From IMG/VR virus record IMGVR_UViG_3300035696_000017, positions 50,054-114,053 of that record: 64,000 nt of DNA; one strand, given 5' to 3'. Below, one piece after another: positions 17,650 through 26,229 of this stretch. Under the pieces are notes generated by a model. The model did not search any database, was not told the origin of the DNA, and saw only the letters and a list, made by a program, of their open reading frames with translations. Positions within the stretch are counted from its first letter, which is position 1. Each line of letters begins with the position of its first letter. This DNA is from a virus. The position numbers and the translations under genes were made by a program.

Positions 17650-17725
17650 TGCATCTGGTGGGATTCGAACCCACAACCTACCGGGTAAGAGCCGGTTGCT
17701 GCTGAACCAGTTGAGCTACAGATGC
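17650..17725 (-). tRNA. tRNA-Lys(CTT)
   Basis: ACCGG-CTCTTAC-CCGGT. Confidence 0.88.
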
Positions 17726-18129
17726 GTTGATGAAAGTTGAGTTGCTACGTACGTTTCACTTCGGTACGACGGAAATCGTGACTTTTCTCGTCGTGGACAT
17801 TTGGGACGACCAATGTTGCGGCCGCAGTATGTCGGGGTCTGCGCGTGACAGTTCGGACAGATAAGACCAAGATTGGTCTTGTCACCATTCGTTGGGTTGC
17901 CATCACGGTGTTCAAGTTGAAGTGGGATGGGTTTGCCACGCCATTCTGTCAACCCACAATCTTCACATCGGTGACCTCGTTCAAAAATCAGTCGAGCTTT
18001 TTGAGCACCTTCGGAACGAATGAGAGCGAAGTCTCGATGAACTCGTCGCTTGTGTCCTGCTAGCTTCTGAGGTGAGTCAAACACATCTCCGCAGATCGAA
18101 CACTTGCCGTCTGCACGCTTGTAGGACAT
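17716..18129 (-). CDS. HNH endonuclease with N-terminal C2H2 zinc finger
   Basis: CSIC..H..H; CEDCG..WRGKPIPLQLEHRDGN..NL.LICPNCH; AT-richer than flanks. Confidence 0.9.
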   Translation of the reverse strand: MSYKRADGKCSICGDVFDSPQKLAGHKRRVHRDFALIRSEGAQKARLIFERGHRCEDCGLTEWRGKPIPLQLEHRDGNPTNGDKTNLGLICPNCHAQTPTYCGRNIGRPKCPRREKSRFPSYRSETYVATQLSSTHL

Positions 18130-18160
18130 ACGCTCATTCTACACTACATGAATGTGCTAG

Positions 18161-18234
18161 TGGGTCTGATGGGACTCGAACCCATATCTCACCGCTTAAG
18201 AGGCGGGACTCTGAACCAGTTGAGTTACAGACCC
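18161..18234 (-). tRNA. tRNA-Lys(CTT)
   Basis: CCCGC-CTCTTAA-GCGGT. Confidence 0.9.
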
Positions 18235-18288
18235 AGATTGCGAGGTAGTTCTGCTGAGAGTTGGTGCCTCGCATCACGTTTGCTCTCA

Positions 18289-18364
18289 TGGCTGGGGAAG
18301 AAGGACTCGAACCTTCGTGTGGTAGGGTCAGAACCTACTGCTGTTGCCGCTGAGCCATTCCCCA
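18289..18364 (-). tRNA. tRNA-Gln(CTG)
   Basis: GTAGG-TTCTGAC-CCTAC, encoded CCA. Confidence 0.88.
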
Positions 18365-18428
18365 ATGGGCCGACGCGGGGGAGAAGTGTTGTGCATCTCC
18401 ATCCTTACGGGGGTCGCCGCGTCAGCTG

Positions 18429-18511
18429 CTCATGGAGTAGGAATCGAACCTACCTACGGGTTTCCCCTGGCCGGTTAACAGCCGGCTGCCTGGCCAATAG
18501 GCTATCCATGA
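18429..18511 (-). tRNA. tRNA-Asn(GTT) with long variable arm
   Basis: GCCGG-CTGTTAA-CCGGC then GGG-GAAA-CCC variable hairpin. Confidence 0.85.
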
Positions 18512-18578
18512 ATGGCGGTGACGGCCAGGGGCGGACTCGGCTCTCATCGAGCTCTGTCGGACCATAGCAGGTCACCAG

Positions 18579-18651
18579 CTGGCACAGCAGGCTTCGAACC
18601 TGCATCCTCCTGGTTAACAGCCAGGCGCACTGCCAATTGTGCTACATGCCA
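18579..18651 (-). tRNA. tRNA-Asn(GTT)
   Basis: CCTGG-CTGTTAA-CCAGG. Confidence 0.88.
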
Positions 18652-18703
18652 AAACGGAACGCAGATTGTCAAGGATCGGAGAGCAGCTTGCGCTGATCTT
18701 CGG

Positions 18704-18786
18704 TGGAGCGTAAGGGAGTCGAACCCCTCGGGGCATAAGCCGCCTGGGTTACAGCCAGGCCCATCTCCGTAGTGGTCTACCGCTCC
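18704..18786 (-). tRNA. tRNA-Tyr(GTA)
   Basis: CCTGG-CTGTAAC-CCAGG, type II variable arm. Confidence 0.85.
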
Positions 18787-19018
18787 ATGCGGTCTGTGTC
18801 AGTGTCTTAAACGTCGAATGCCGAGGAACTCTTTCTTTCCTCGGCAACCTCGTGGGGCTTCTCTTACCCTACTCAGTCGCTTCGGAAGCTCGAAGCGACA
18901 GGGTCGCTTCGTTCACGTATCGCGGGCTGCCGCATTGGCATACTGCCAACGCTTCTGATCCGCCTGTTGAACTTTGACTTGGGTATTCATGATGACTGTC
19001 TTTTGGGACTTGTCTTCG

Positions 19019-19092
19019 TAGGACGAAGTGGAATCGAACCACCGACCTCACGCTTATCAGGCGTGCGCTCTCACCAACTGAGCTACCGTCCT
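19019..19092 (-). tRNA. tRNA-Ile(GAT)
   Basis: CACGC-CTGATAA-GCGTG. Confidence 0.95.
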
Positions 19093-19131
19093 ATGCGACC
19101 TCCACGGAGAAACTCCGCGGCGGTATCGAGT

Positions 19132-19161
19132 ACTTTATCCTGGTCAGGGAACCTGTTTCAC
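19132..19161 (-). promoter_or_regulatory. class I promoter heading the tRNA array
   Basis: GTGAAA-N18-TAAAGT about 40 nt upstream of tRNA-Ile. Confidence 0.7.
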
Positions 19162-19189
19162 ACTTTTTTCAGCAGTGATGCTCTTTTTC

Positions 19190-19405
19190 TCAGTCCAGGA
19201 AATCGGCCGCTCTCAGCAACTCGCAGTCACAGACCTCACTGAACCAAAGTGGATGGGACCAGAGGACCTTGATGCGTTCCTCGCAGCCGTGGTGTCCCAC
19301 TCTGGGATAATCGACCCCGATGACGACTCCCATCGAGAACATGGTCTCAGCGGTCCCTGGCCTCATCACCAGGTCACCGGGCTTCAGGTCTTTGGGTGCC
19401 GCCAC
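19190..19405 (-). CDS. small SH3/KOW-like protein
   Basis: LKPGDLV...MGVVIGV...IKVLW. Confidence 0.6.
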   Translation of the reverse strand: MAAPKDLKPGDLVMRPGTAETMFSMGVVIGVDYPRVGHHGCEERIKVLWSHPLWFSEVCDCELLRAADFLD

Positions 19406-19414
19406 CCCTCGATT

Positions 19415-20104
19415 CTACATCTCCCGACGTCGCAGCTCGGCCAGCATCCAGTAGACCCGATCAGGCAAGCCCGGGAAGGGCCACTCCTCTGGGTTGTCAA
19501 GGATGAACTCGAGCTGGGAGTCCTCAGGGCGGTCCAGTTCGCTCTGGTGCTTGCGCCAGGCAGCTCCATCGTTCTTCTTCACCGGAGCGCGGACGTCGAC
19601 ACGGTGGGCACCCAGCCACTCGTGCAGGTTGTTGCGGTCGTTCTGGTAACGGGCGTCGTTGATGACGACGTTCTTGCCTGCCTCCATCATCGGGACCAGG
19701 TCCCACGTGGCGCGGAAAGTGAGGCAGTCCGGGTGGACCATGTCACGCAAGTACTCGCTGCCCAGGGGTTGGAGAGTGCTGCGGACGCTGATCTCGGTCT
19801 TGCCCGTGCCGTTGCACTTGGAACACGTGGACACAGCGTAATCGGGAGCAACGGGCTCCGGGTATGGGATCCTGATGCTGCCGGTGCCGCCGCACTTCAC
19901 GCACTTGAGGTTCCACCTCGGGTTGTGCTGGTTGCGGGCATGCGAGGGCCCGTACAGCTGCTCCTGAGTGAAGCCGAACATGTCATCGGCGAAGCGCTTC
20001 AACGGCCCCGCCAACGAGAACAGCTCGAACCCGTGACGTTCGACCAGCACCTTGGCAGTGCTGTCCTTACCCGCACCCGCTTCGCCAGAGAGGACGATGA
20101 TCAT
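19415..20104 (-). CDS. deoxynucleoside monophosphate kinase with zinc-finger insertion
   Basis: LSGEAGAGKDS, SLAGPLK, R..LQ.LGSE, VVINDARYQND, H.SE; inserted CVKCGGTG...CSKCNGTG. Confidence 0.85.
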   Translation of the reverse strand: MIIVLSGEAGAGKDSTAKVLVERHGFELFSLAGPLKRFADDMFGFTQEQLYGPSHARNQHNPRWNLKCVKCGGTGSIRIPYPEPVAPDYAVSTCSKCNGTGKTEISVRSTLQPLGSEYLRDMVHPDCLTFRATWDLVPMMEAGKNVVINDARYQNDRNNLHEWLGAHRVDVRAPVKKNDGAAWRKHQSELDRPEDSQLEFILDNPEEWPFPGLPDRVYWMLAELRRREM

Positions 20105-20135
20105 GTTCCGATTCTACTTTCTCACCCTGGGGTGG

Positions 20136-20660
20136 TCACTCTTCGGGCTCGGGCCGGAACGACGAGTGGACAGTCGGACACGGGAGCCCCACCTTGAGAG
20201 CAGCGACGATCAACGTATCGCTTGCACGCTTGAAGTGGATCGACGGGGTCGTCGGAGGAGGCGGTGGGATCGTTGCTCGGAAGTCGTAAGCCGCCGTCGC
20301 CCGTCGCCTGATCTCGGGCTTGGTCGTCCGCTCACGACGTTCCTTGTCATGGGAAGCGTTCACCGCGTTGGCCATGTTGTCCCAGGACTGACGTAGGCCT
20401 TCCTCCTCGATGGGAACCGCCATCGACTCCTGGCTCGGAGTGCGAGGACACGACAGGGCTTTGATGAGCTCGTCGGCGAGTCGCACCGCTTCGGTGACTC
20501 GCTCCATGGGGGACAGGTCGCGCATCAGCTCAGGGTTCATCATCGCAAGCCCGGCGAACCACTCGCGGACCGTGACCCCGGCAGGCGGAGGCGGAGGGCT
20601 TTCCTGCAATTGGCTGCGAATTGCCCTGAGTTCCATGGACCTCGTGCGTGTTCCTGCCAT
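20136..20660 (-). CDS. hypothetical protein (GxTxREWFAG motif)
   Basis: Class I promoter upstream; GVTVREWFAGLAM...A.RLADELI. Confidence 0.65.
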   Translation of the reverse strand: MAGTRTRSMELRAIRSQLQESPPPPPAGVTVREWFAGLAMMNPELMRDLSPMERVTEAVRLADELIKALSCPRTPSQESMAVPIEEEGLRQSWDNMANAVNASHDKERRERTTKPEIRRRATAAYDFRATIPPPPPTTPSIHFKRASDTLIVAALKVGLPCPTVHSSFRPEPEE

Positions 20661-20740
20661 GTAACCACCCTACCACGGTCACTCAGCGACTTTCACCGTT
20701 TCCGAGCGGTCCCGCGCGGAGTACAAGAAAGCAGACAGCC

Positions 20741-22099
20741 ATGAACGTACCCGTCATCCACGTCCACTCACAGTCAGACAAGGGAACCATCGGGTACGTC
20801 ACTTTCATGTGGGAAACCATGAGAGCATTGGCGACCCACCCTGATGCGTTGAAGCTGTCAATCCATTGCATCGGTCCCACAGCGACTGAGCGTCTCAAGG
20901 GACTGCCCGCGTGCAAGACCTACTATGTGCCCAACGCCGACTCGGACAAGGGCATGTCGGGTTCGACAGCTCATGGAGCTTGCGTCGAACACGCGCTCCA
21001 GATGACCGACGACGGCGACATCCACATCATCTGTGATTCAGACACAGTTGTCCTGGCGAAGGGGTGGGACGACTACGTCAGGTGTGAGCTCATCGACAAG
21101 ATGCTCGGCACCATGGGCGCTACCTACGAGGACGTGGGAGGCTTCAGCTCGGGTGGGGGCAACGTCCAGACGTACAAGGGCGCTCCCAACGTCGTCTGGA
21201 TGGCGCTGTCACCGACGTGCCGGTGGCGTGACCTACGAGCGATCCCAGCCAAGGGCGATGACATCCACATCACCAACGAAGGCCAGGCCAAGATGTATGG
21301 GCTTCCCATTGGCTACCATGTCCTCCGCGATGTAGGCTGGCAGATCCCAGAGTACCTCGCCTCACGGGGCATCACCCACGTGGGTTGGAAGCAACGCAAG
21401 GGGACCAAGGACGCAACTGTCATCAAGGACCTCAGCGATTACCACGAGGAGTTCCAGGTCACCGCCGACAACGTCCCATTCGTCGTCCACCAACGTGGCA
21501 GCCTTCGACACTCGTACCGTGGTGACCGGATCGGCCAGAACTTCTACAACACCGTCGAGAAGTACCTCACTCAGGAGAAGACCAGGTCACCTCGATGGAT
21601 CTGGCAACCGAACGCTTCGAATGAGGGCACTCTACGCACCATGCAAGCGACCAAGGAACAAGCGGCATCACGAATCGCTGAGTTCGAAAAGATGGCAGGT
21701 GTGACTCCGACTCCTCCCTCTCAACCGGGCCTCAATGTTCCACCGACCCCGGCTCCCGTGCCCGGCCAGTCTGGACCGACGGTGTCGGGTTGGCTCAAGG
21801 CAACGTTGGACGGCGCAGGCGTTCACAACCGCTACTCGCAACCCGTACAAGCAACGGTCGACATCAGCTTCACTCCCAGCGACCTCGGCAAGCACCTGAG
21901 GTTGGAGGGCACAGTGTCGGGCATCAATGTCAACTTGCCGGTGCCGTCCAATGACAAGCAGTACTGGATGACGGTCAGGAACTTGACGGCAGGCAACGTC
22001 AGGTTGCAGATCACCGGGGGCCGTCAGATGCTGGACGTGCCAACGAACGTGTGTTACCAGGTCCTGGTCGACGTCGACGGACCCATTCACATCCAGTGA
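20741..22099 (+). CDS. putative GT-A-like glycosyltransferase with C-terminal beta domain
   Basis: HG...IICDSD (DxD) motif, RDVGW; paralog of 36489..37283. Confidence 0.6.
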   Translation: MNVPVIHVHSQSDKGTIGYVTFMWETMRALATHPDALKLSIHCIGPTATERLKGLPACKTYYVPNADSDKGMSGSTAHGACVEHALQMTDDGDIHIICDSDTVVLAKGWDDYVRCELIDKMLGTMGATYEDVGGFSSGGGNVQTYKGAPNVVWMALSPTCRWRDLRAIPAKGDDIHITNEGQAKMYGLPIGYHVLRDVGWQIPEYLASRGITHVGWKQRKGTKDATVIKDLSDYHEEFQVTADNVPFVVHQRGSLRHSYRGDRIGQNFYNTVEKYLTQEKTRSPRWIWQPNASNEGTLRTMQATKEQAASRIAEFEKMAGVTPTPPSQPGLNVPPTPAPVPGQSGPTVSGWLKATLDGAGVHNRYSQPVQATVDISFTPSDLGKHLRLEGTVSGINVNLPVPSNDKQYWMTVRNLTAGNVRLQITGGRQMLDVPTNVCYQVLVDVDGPIHIQ

Positions 22100-22396
22100 T
22101 CAGGGCGGAAAGTTGTACTCGCTTTCCCTGAAGTTCCAGAGGACGTAGCACTCGAACTTCATGTCCCCGTGTGCCCGCTCGAGCGGGACAACACCGACGA
22201 TGATCCCGATGCCGATGAGGCCCGTCTTGTCGAGGTGCTTCTGGCCCTTGTATGACGTCACCAGCATGCCCGGGTATGGGCGGAAATATTGACGGTCACC
22301 GCACCTGAACAGGTTTGGGAACTGCGTGTCCTGGCCCAACAGCTCCCACGTGGTGCAGTTGTCCTGCTGGGTGAGAGCGACCGCGGGCTCGATCAC
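22100..22396 (-). CDS. small SH3/KOW-like protein
   Basis: YPGMLV...IGIGIIVGV...CYVLW. Confidence 0.5.
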   Translation of the reverse strand: MIEPAVALTQQDNCTTWELLGQDTQFPNLFRCGDRQYFRPYPGMLVTSYKGQKHLDKTGLIGIGIIVGVVPLERAHGDMKFECYVLWNFRESEYNFPP

Positions 22397-22590
22397 GGGA
22401 TTGCTTCGGGGTTCAGGCGCCAGTCCTTGAACTCCTTGGTGTGCCTGTCGAGGAAACCCCAGTCCTTCGACCGTGGGCCGGTGAAGAAGATGGTCCACGC
22501 ACCCTTCTTTTCATCACGTAGATCGACCCGATGGAAGTCGGTCGTCTTGGGTAGCTTGGCCTCAAGCCACAGCAGCAGCCGGTGCATCAT
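22393..22590 (-). CDS. hypothetical protein
   Basis: FHRVDL...AWTIFFTGPR..DWGF. Confidence 0.55.
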   Translation of the reverse strand: MMHRLLLWLEAKLPKTTDFHRVDLRDEKKGAWTIFFTGPRSKDWGFLDRHTKEFKDWRLNPEAIP

Positions 22591-22819
22591 GCCCCGACAG
22601 TACCACGTGGGAAGGCCGTGTACCGGCTGACTCCAGGCGGGCGACGACCTTGGTGTCCTTCAGCAACTCCACTCTCGTCCCGTGGGTCACGTGGGCGCAC
22701 CACTTCAGGAACAACCCCCAAGCTTCGTGCTCGTTCTTGTCGACTGCGACCTTGTCATCAATCCTGACGGAGTAGACAGCGGGCTTGGCAGACGGGTGCA
22801 CTGAGCGCTTGAGGGCCAT
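22562..22819 (-). CDS. hypothetical protein
   Basis: Class I promoter 6 nt upstream of ATG 22819. Confidence 0.6.
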   Translation of the reverse strand: MALKRSVHPSAKPAVYSVRIDDKVAVDKNEHEAWGLFLKWCAHVTHGTRVELLKDTKVVARLESAGTRPSHVVLSGHDAPAAAVA

Positions 22820-22857
22820 GACCGTAGTGTACCACGGTCCGGTGCACCGTTGCACCG

Positions 22858-23229
22858 TCACTCGTCAGGGCGGCTCAACAGCTTGTCGAGCTTCTCTTCG
22901 AGTTTCTTCAAGCGCTCATCAACATCATGGGTCAGGTCGTAGTCCCCATACAACGCTTTTCGGTCCTTCTCAGCCTGCCTGTTCTGTGCCATCAGGATCA
23001 TGGGCGCGGTGTAAGCAGCCTGGAGCGACAGCATCAGGTTGAGCAGGATGTATGGGTACGGGTCGAAGTGAGCCAGTCCCGCAGAGTTGATGTAGACCCA
23101 GATCCCCAAGCCCAGGGTCTGGACAGCGAAGAATTGCCAGCTGCCCACCTGTTTTGCAAGCGACTCGGCGAGCCGCTGGCTGAAAGTGGTGGGGGTCTTC
23201 TCGAGCTCTTCTTCGATGCCACCGCTCAT
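22858..23229 (-). CDS. DUF1003 membrane protein
   Basis: GSWQF...FDPYPYILLNLMLSLQAAYTAPMILMAQNRQAEKDR. Confidence 0.9.
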   Translation of the reverse strand: MSGGIEEELEKTPTTFSQRLAESLAKQVGSWQFFAVQTLGLGIWVYINSAGLAHFDPYPYILLNLMLSLQAAYTAPMILMAQNRQAEKDRKALYGDYDLTHDVDERLKKLEEKLDKLLSRPDE

Positions 23230-23255
23230 GCCGTTAAGTAACGGCGAACGACGGG

Positions 23256-23600
23256 TCAGTCGAGGCCTGTGTCCCAATTGCGCGCAGTGGGCTCACCGTG
23301 CTCGTCCCACCTGGGGTCCCCCACTCGTTTGCCACCGTGCTCTTCGCTGTGATCGTCCTCAGACTCGTCGAGGTCGGGACTCATCTCCAGGGGCTGCTCC
23401 ATCGCGGGAGGCGGCACGTCGGGTCCCTGCATCTCGTCCAGGCCGAGGTCCCAGTTGCGCGCTGACGGATCCGGGTGAGCGTCCTTGTTGAAGTTCGGCT
23501 CCTTCTTGGTCTCGTCATTGGCAACGTACTCGCGGATCAAACCGCGGACCAGTCCCCGGAACTGGGACTCAGTCATCACCCTCTTCTTTGGCTCACTCAT
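23256..23600 (-). CDS. acidic protein with N-terminal LIRE motif
   Basis: MTESQFRGLVRGLIREYV; internal repeat P(S/T)ARNWD.GLD. Confidence 0.65.
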   Translation of the reverse strand: MSEPKKRVMTESQFRGLVRGLIREYVANDETKKEPNFNKDAHPDPSARNWDLGLDEMQGPDVPPPAMEQPLEMSPDLDESEDDHSEEHGGKRVGDPRWDEHGEPTARNWDTGLD

Positions 23601-23998
23601 CGGTGTCCCCCGTGACCGCCACCGTGGTAGCCGCCACCGCCGTGCCAGCCCCCACCTGCGTGTCCTTCATAATGGAAACCGCCGTGGTAGACTGGACCTC
23701 GCCAGCCACCGCCGTGGTACCAACCGTGCCCGTTCCAACCCATCCACCCGTGGAAGACCCAACCGCTCGGGCCCCAGCCGTAGTAGTAACGGTACGGGAC
23801 CCCAGCGTAGATGACGACGCGGTAGTAGACGCAGGGCTCCTCCATGACGAAGCCATCGGGCACCACGACTGGTCCTGCCACACAGGCCCCAACGGGGACA
23901 ACGGGCGGGGGATAGTCGTACTCGGCCACGCATGCCGTCGTCGTGGTCATCAACCCCAGGATGAGTGCCAGGGGGAGCAACAGTTTGGCGAGCTTCAT
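23597..23998 (-). CDS. Gly/His/aromatic-rich lipoprotein
   Basis: Signal peptide ending TTAC; GWHGGG-type repeats; ATAGTTA upstream. Confidence 0.65.
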   Translation of the reverse strand: MKLAKLLLPLALILGLMTTTTACVAEYDYPPPVVPVGACVAGPVVVPDGFVMEEPCVYYRVVIYAGVPYRYYYGWGPSGWVFHGWMGWNGHGWYHGGGWRGPVYHGGFHYEGHAGGGWHGGGGYHGGGHGGHR

Positions 23999-24016
23999 GA
24001 GGGTAACTATCTACCC

Positions 24017-24400
24017 TCAGCGGCCAGTCGGATAGCCCTCCGCCCAGTCTGTGAGCCTTTCCGTCAGGTCGTCGATGACATCTTTGGCTTCGTCATCGTC
24101 GTCCCACGAGGGCTCGAACACATCGAACTCGTACACCTTGAGGCCATCGACGACCTTGCCGTTCTCGTCGAAGGTGACCTTGCAACCGTACTCGTCCTCG
24201 AAATCATCGATGAGTGAGTCGAGATCGTAGCCGCTCTCGCTGCCGTCAGCGAGGTGGACGACGCTGTTGGCCGGGTCGTTGATGATGTTCCCAGCGACGG
24301 GAGTCTCGATGCTCAAGCCCGATCTAGCGTGGACTCCATTGCCGTTCATGGAGACCGGCTCGCCGTGGTAGGCACAGACCCTGAAGATGAAGCTGCTCAT
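24017..24400 (-). CDS. acidic hypothetical protein
   Basis: Class I promoter upstream. Confidence 0.65.
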   Translation of the reverse strand: MSSFIFRVCAYHGEPVSMNGNGVHARSGLSIETPVAGNIINDPANSVVHLADGSESGYDLDSLIDDFEDEYGCKVTFDENGKVVDGLKVYEFDVFEPSWDDDDEAKDVIDDLTERLTDWAEGYPTGR

Positions 24401-24418
24401 GTGTCTACCGTAACACGC

Positions 24419-24637
24419 TCAGGTGTCAAGTTGCACCAGCGTGAAGGCTGAGAGCGATGACGTCCTCACCAAACGCTGGTTGATGACGATGCTCCACTCC
24501 CACTCTGGACAGTCGACACCGTCCTCAGCGCTGTCACGCTGGTAGGGCAGCGAGGCGACGACGAGGCCGAAGCCCCGGCCCTTCGCATGGACTAGGTCAC
24601 CTGGCTTGAAACCGTACTTTGGGGGTCGTCTCGCCAC
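24419..24637 (-). CDS. small SH3/KOW-like protein
   Basis: FKPGDLV..KGRGFGLVVAS. Confidence 0.55.
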   Translation of the reverse strand: MARRPPKYGFKPGDLVHAKGRGFGLVVASLPYQRDSAEDGVDCPEWEWSIVINQRLVRTSSLSAFTLVQLDT

Positions 24638-25059
24638 CGTTCTGCTCGTTTCTGTTGGAGTTGGGCGATGACCTCGTCGGCCCTTCCACCCTTGCCAGCA
24701 TGCATGTCGTGCCGGACGCCCTTCTCGTTATTGCAACGGGAGCATGCCAGCGCCAGGTTACGCGGGTCTGTTGGGTCACCCCCATCGCACAGCGGCTTGA
24801 TGTGCTCAATGGTAGCGTCAGTGAGACCATCACGGGAGACGACGAGCTTGGTGTTGCAGTGGATGCAACGCCCGTGCCAGAGCCCCAACGAGTTTGCTAG
24901 GGGTGGGTCATCCCACCTGAGCTGGCCCGGCTTCCAGTGGAACGTGTTGTCGGTACGGACGATTGACAGGACGACTTCAGCCCTGCTCTTCGCCCTCGCC
25001 TTGTGCGGCGTCGGCTGCTGCCTCGCCGTCTTCTCCTTCTTCGCCTTCTTCCGGCTCAC
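24592..25059 (-). CDS. HNH endonuclease
   Basis: CIHC...TIEHIKP..GG....NLALACSRCNNEKG. Confidence 0.85.
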   Translation of the reverse strand: MSRKKAKKEKTARQQPTPHKARAKSRAEVVLSIVRTDNTFHWKPGQLRWDDPPLANSLGLWHGRCIHCNTKLVVSRDGLTDATIEHIKPLCDGGDPTDPRNLALACSRCNNEKGVRHDMHAGKGGRADEVIAQLQQKRAERWRDDPQSTVSSQVT

Positions 25060-25954
25060 CCTCAGAGTCTACATCGCCTCCACCGGGTTTTGCATTGGCT
25101 CCCAGCATCTTGCTGGTGTCGCTGCCACCTGAAAGCTCAGGGATCTCGGGAGCACGCCTGGATGCAACGCCGTCCATGCCCATCACCGACGGGTGCACCG
25201 TTGTCGGGTCGTTGTCACGTGGGTGCATCTTCAGCTGAGCCTGTGGGTCCTCTTCGCGGCGAAAATCGCCGTTGGTGCCCATGGGACGGGCGGGAGAAGC
25301 GTACCAGAAGCCGTCGATGTCTTCGCCGTCGTGATGATCGCGAGACATGTCGAAGTCGGTGTAGAAGCCCTTGGGTTCCGTCGTTGGATCGACCATGCCC
25401 GCGCCGGGCGGGTACTCCAACAGCAGGTGTTTCTCTTGCTTGAAGAACTCGCGGATCTCGTAGCGCAGCCACAGCGGCATCACGCTCTCCCCATAGAACC
25501 CTTTCTCAGGCTTCTCTTCTGGGGGTGACCCCAACGACGTCTTCTCCTCATCGCCCTTAAGATGGGGAGACATCTTCAGGTCATCATCGCTGTCGTCGGG
25601 GTCCGGGATGCCGTTGCCCTTGCCGTCACCGATCATGCGATCGTCGGTCTCATCCAGGTCGCCCTCAGCGCCTGAGGGTTGGCCTGTCGGGTCGCCGAGA
25701 CGTTCGTGATCGTACGGTTCAGCCTCAAGCCCGTTCGGGAACCAGCGGCCCGGGACCCACGCTTCCTCGTCCATCTCACCCGGCTTGGGCGGGTTGCCGT
25801 TCTCATCATCAAGCGCCGCACTGCCCGGCAGCTCACTGGGCCGGTGCCCTGGAACGCCTGCGTCTGGGTCACCCGGCGCGGACGGGGAGTCCAACGCTGA
25901 CATCGCCACCGCTTCGTACAGGTACTCCCGTAGCAGCCCCAGCCTGACTTTCAC
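24977..25954 (-). CDS. acidic low-complexity protein, possible virion component
   Basis: GTG start 5 nt after ATAGTTA; MKVRLGLLREYLYEAV. Confidence 0.65.
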   Translation of the reverse strand: MKVRLGLLREYLYEAVAMSALDSPSAPGDPDAGVPGHRPSELPGSAALDDENGNPPKPGEMDEEAWVPGRWFPNGLEAEPYDHERLGDPTGQPSGAEGDLDETDDRMIGDGKGNGIPDPDDSDDDLKMSPHLKGDEEKTSLGSPPEEKPEKGFYGESVMPLWLRYEIREFFKQEKHLLLEYPPGAGMVDPTTEPKGFYTDFDMSRDHHDGEDIDGFWYASPARPMGTNGDFRREEDPQAQLKMHPRDNDPTTVHPSVMGMDGVASRRAPEIPELSGGSDTSKMLGANAKPGGGDVDSEGEPEEGEEGEDGEAAADAAQGEGEEQG

Positions 25955-25962
25955 GAGAGTAA

Positions 25963-26229
25963 CTATTCGACGTGGTAGATGGTCGCTTCGTTGAGTGTGG
26001 TGACGTCGTATTCCGTGTAGCCGTCCTTGCAGTTGCCGCCCCAGAGCACCGCGATCTGTGAGACACCATCGTTGGCCACCACCATCCCGAGCCCGACGAA
26101 GGGCCTCAGGTGCGCGGGGGACCCCATCCTCTTCCACTCTTCGTTCTGATCGATCAGGATGAACTCACCGGGTGGCCACGTCTTGATGTCATGGAGGCTC
26201 CTCGTGCGGTGGGGGACTTTCTTCATCAC
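25963..26229 (-). CDS. small SH3/KOW-like protein
   Basis: WPPGEFIL...GLGMVVA...IAVLW. Confidence 0.55.
   Translation of the reverse strand: MMKKVPHRTRSLHDIKTWPPGEFILIDQNEEWKRMGSPAHLRPFVGLGMVVANDGVSQIAVLWGGNCKDGYTEYDVTTLNEATIYHVE

Noticed and set aside
18368-18426. Armless mini-tRNA
   Set aside because: Closing stem present but no TTCG T loop or anticodon arm; could be a spacer hairpin
18913-18990. Detached tmRNA tag ORF (MNTQVKVQQADQKRWQYANAAARDT*) as partner of the mini-tmRNA
   Set aside because: YANAA resembles a tag ending but is not terminal, and no pairing with the 16300 RNA was seen; kept only as a weak possibility
14945-19100. ORFs listed across the tRNA array (e.g. 14765..15169, 16331..16579, 18148..18567)
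   Set aside because: They overlap well-formed tRNA genes and are spurious
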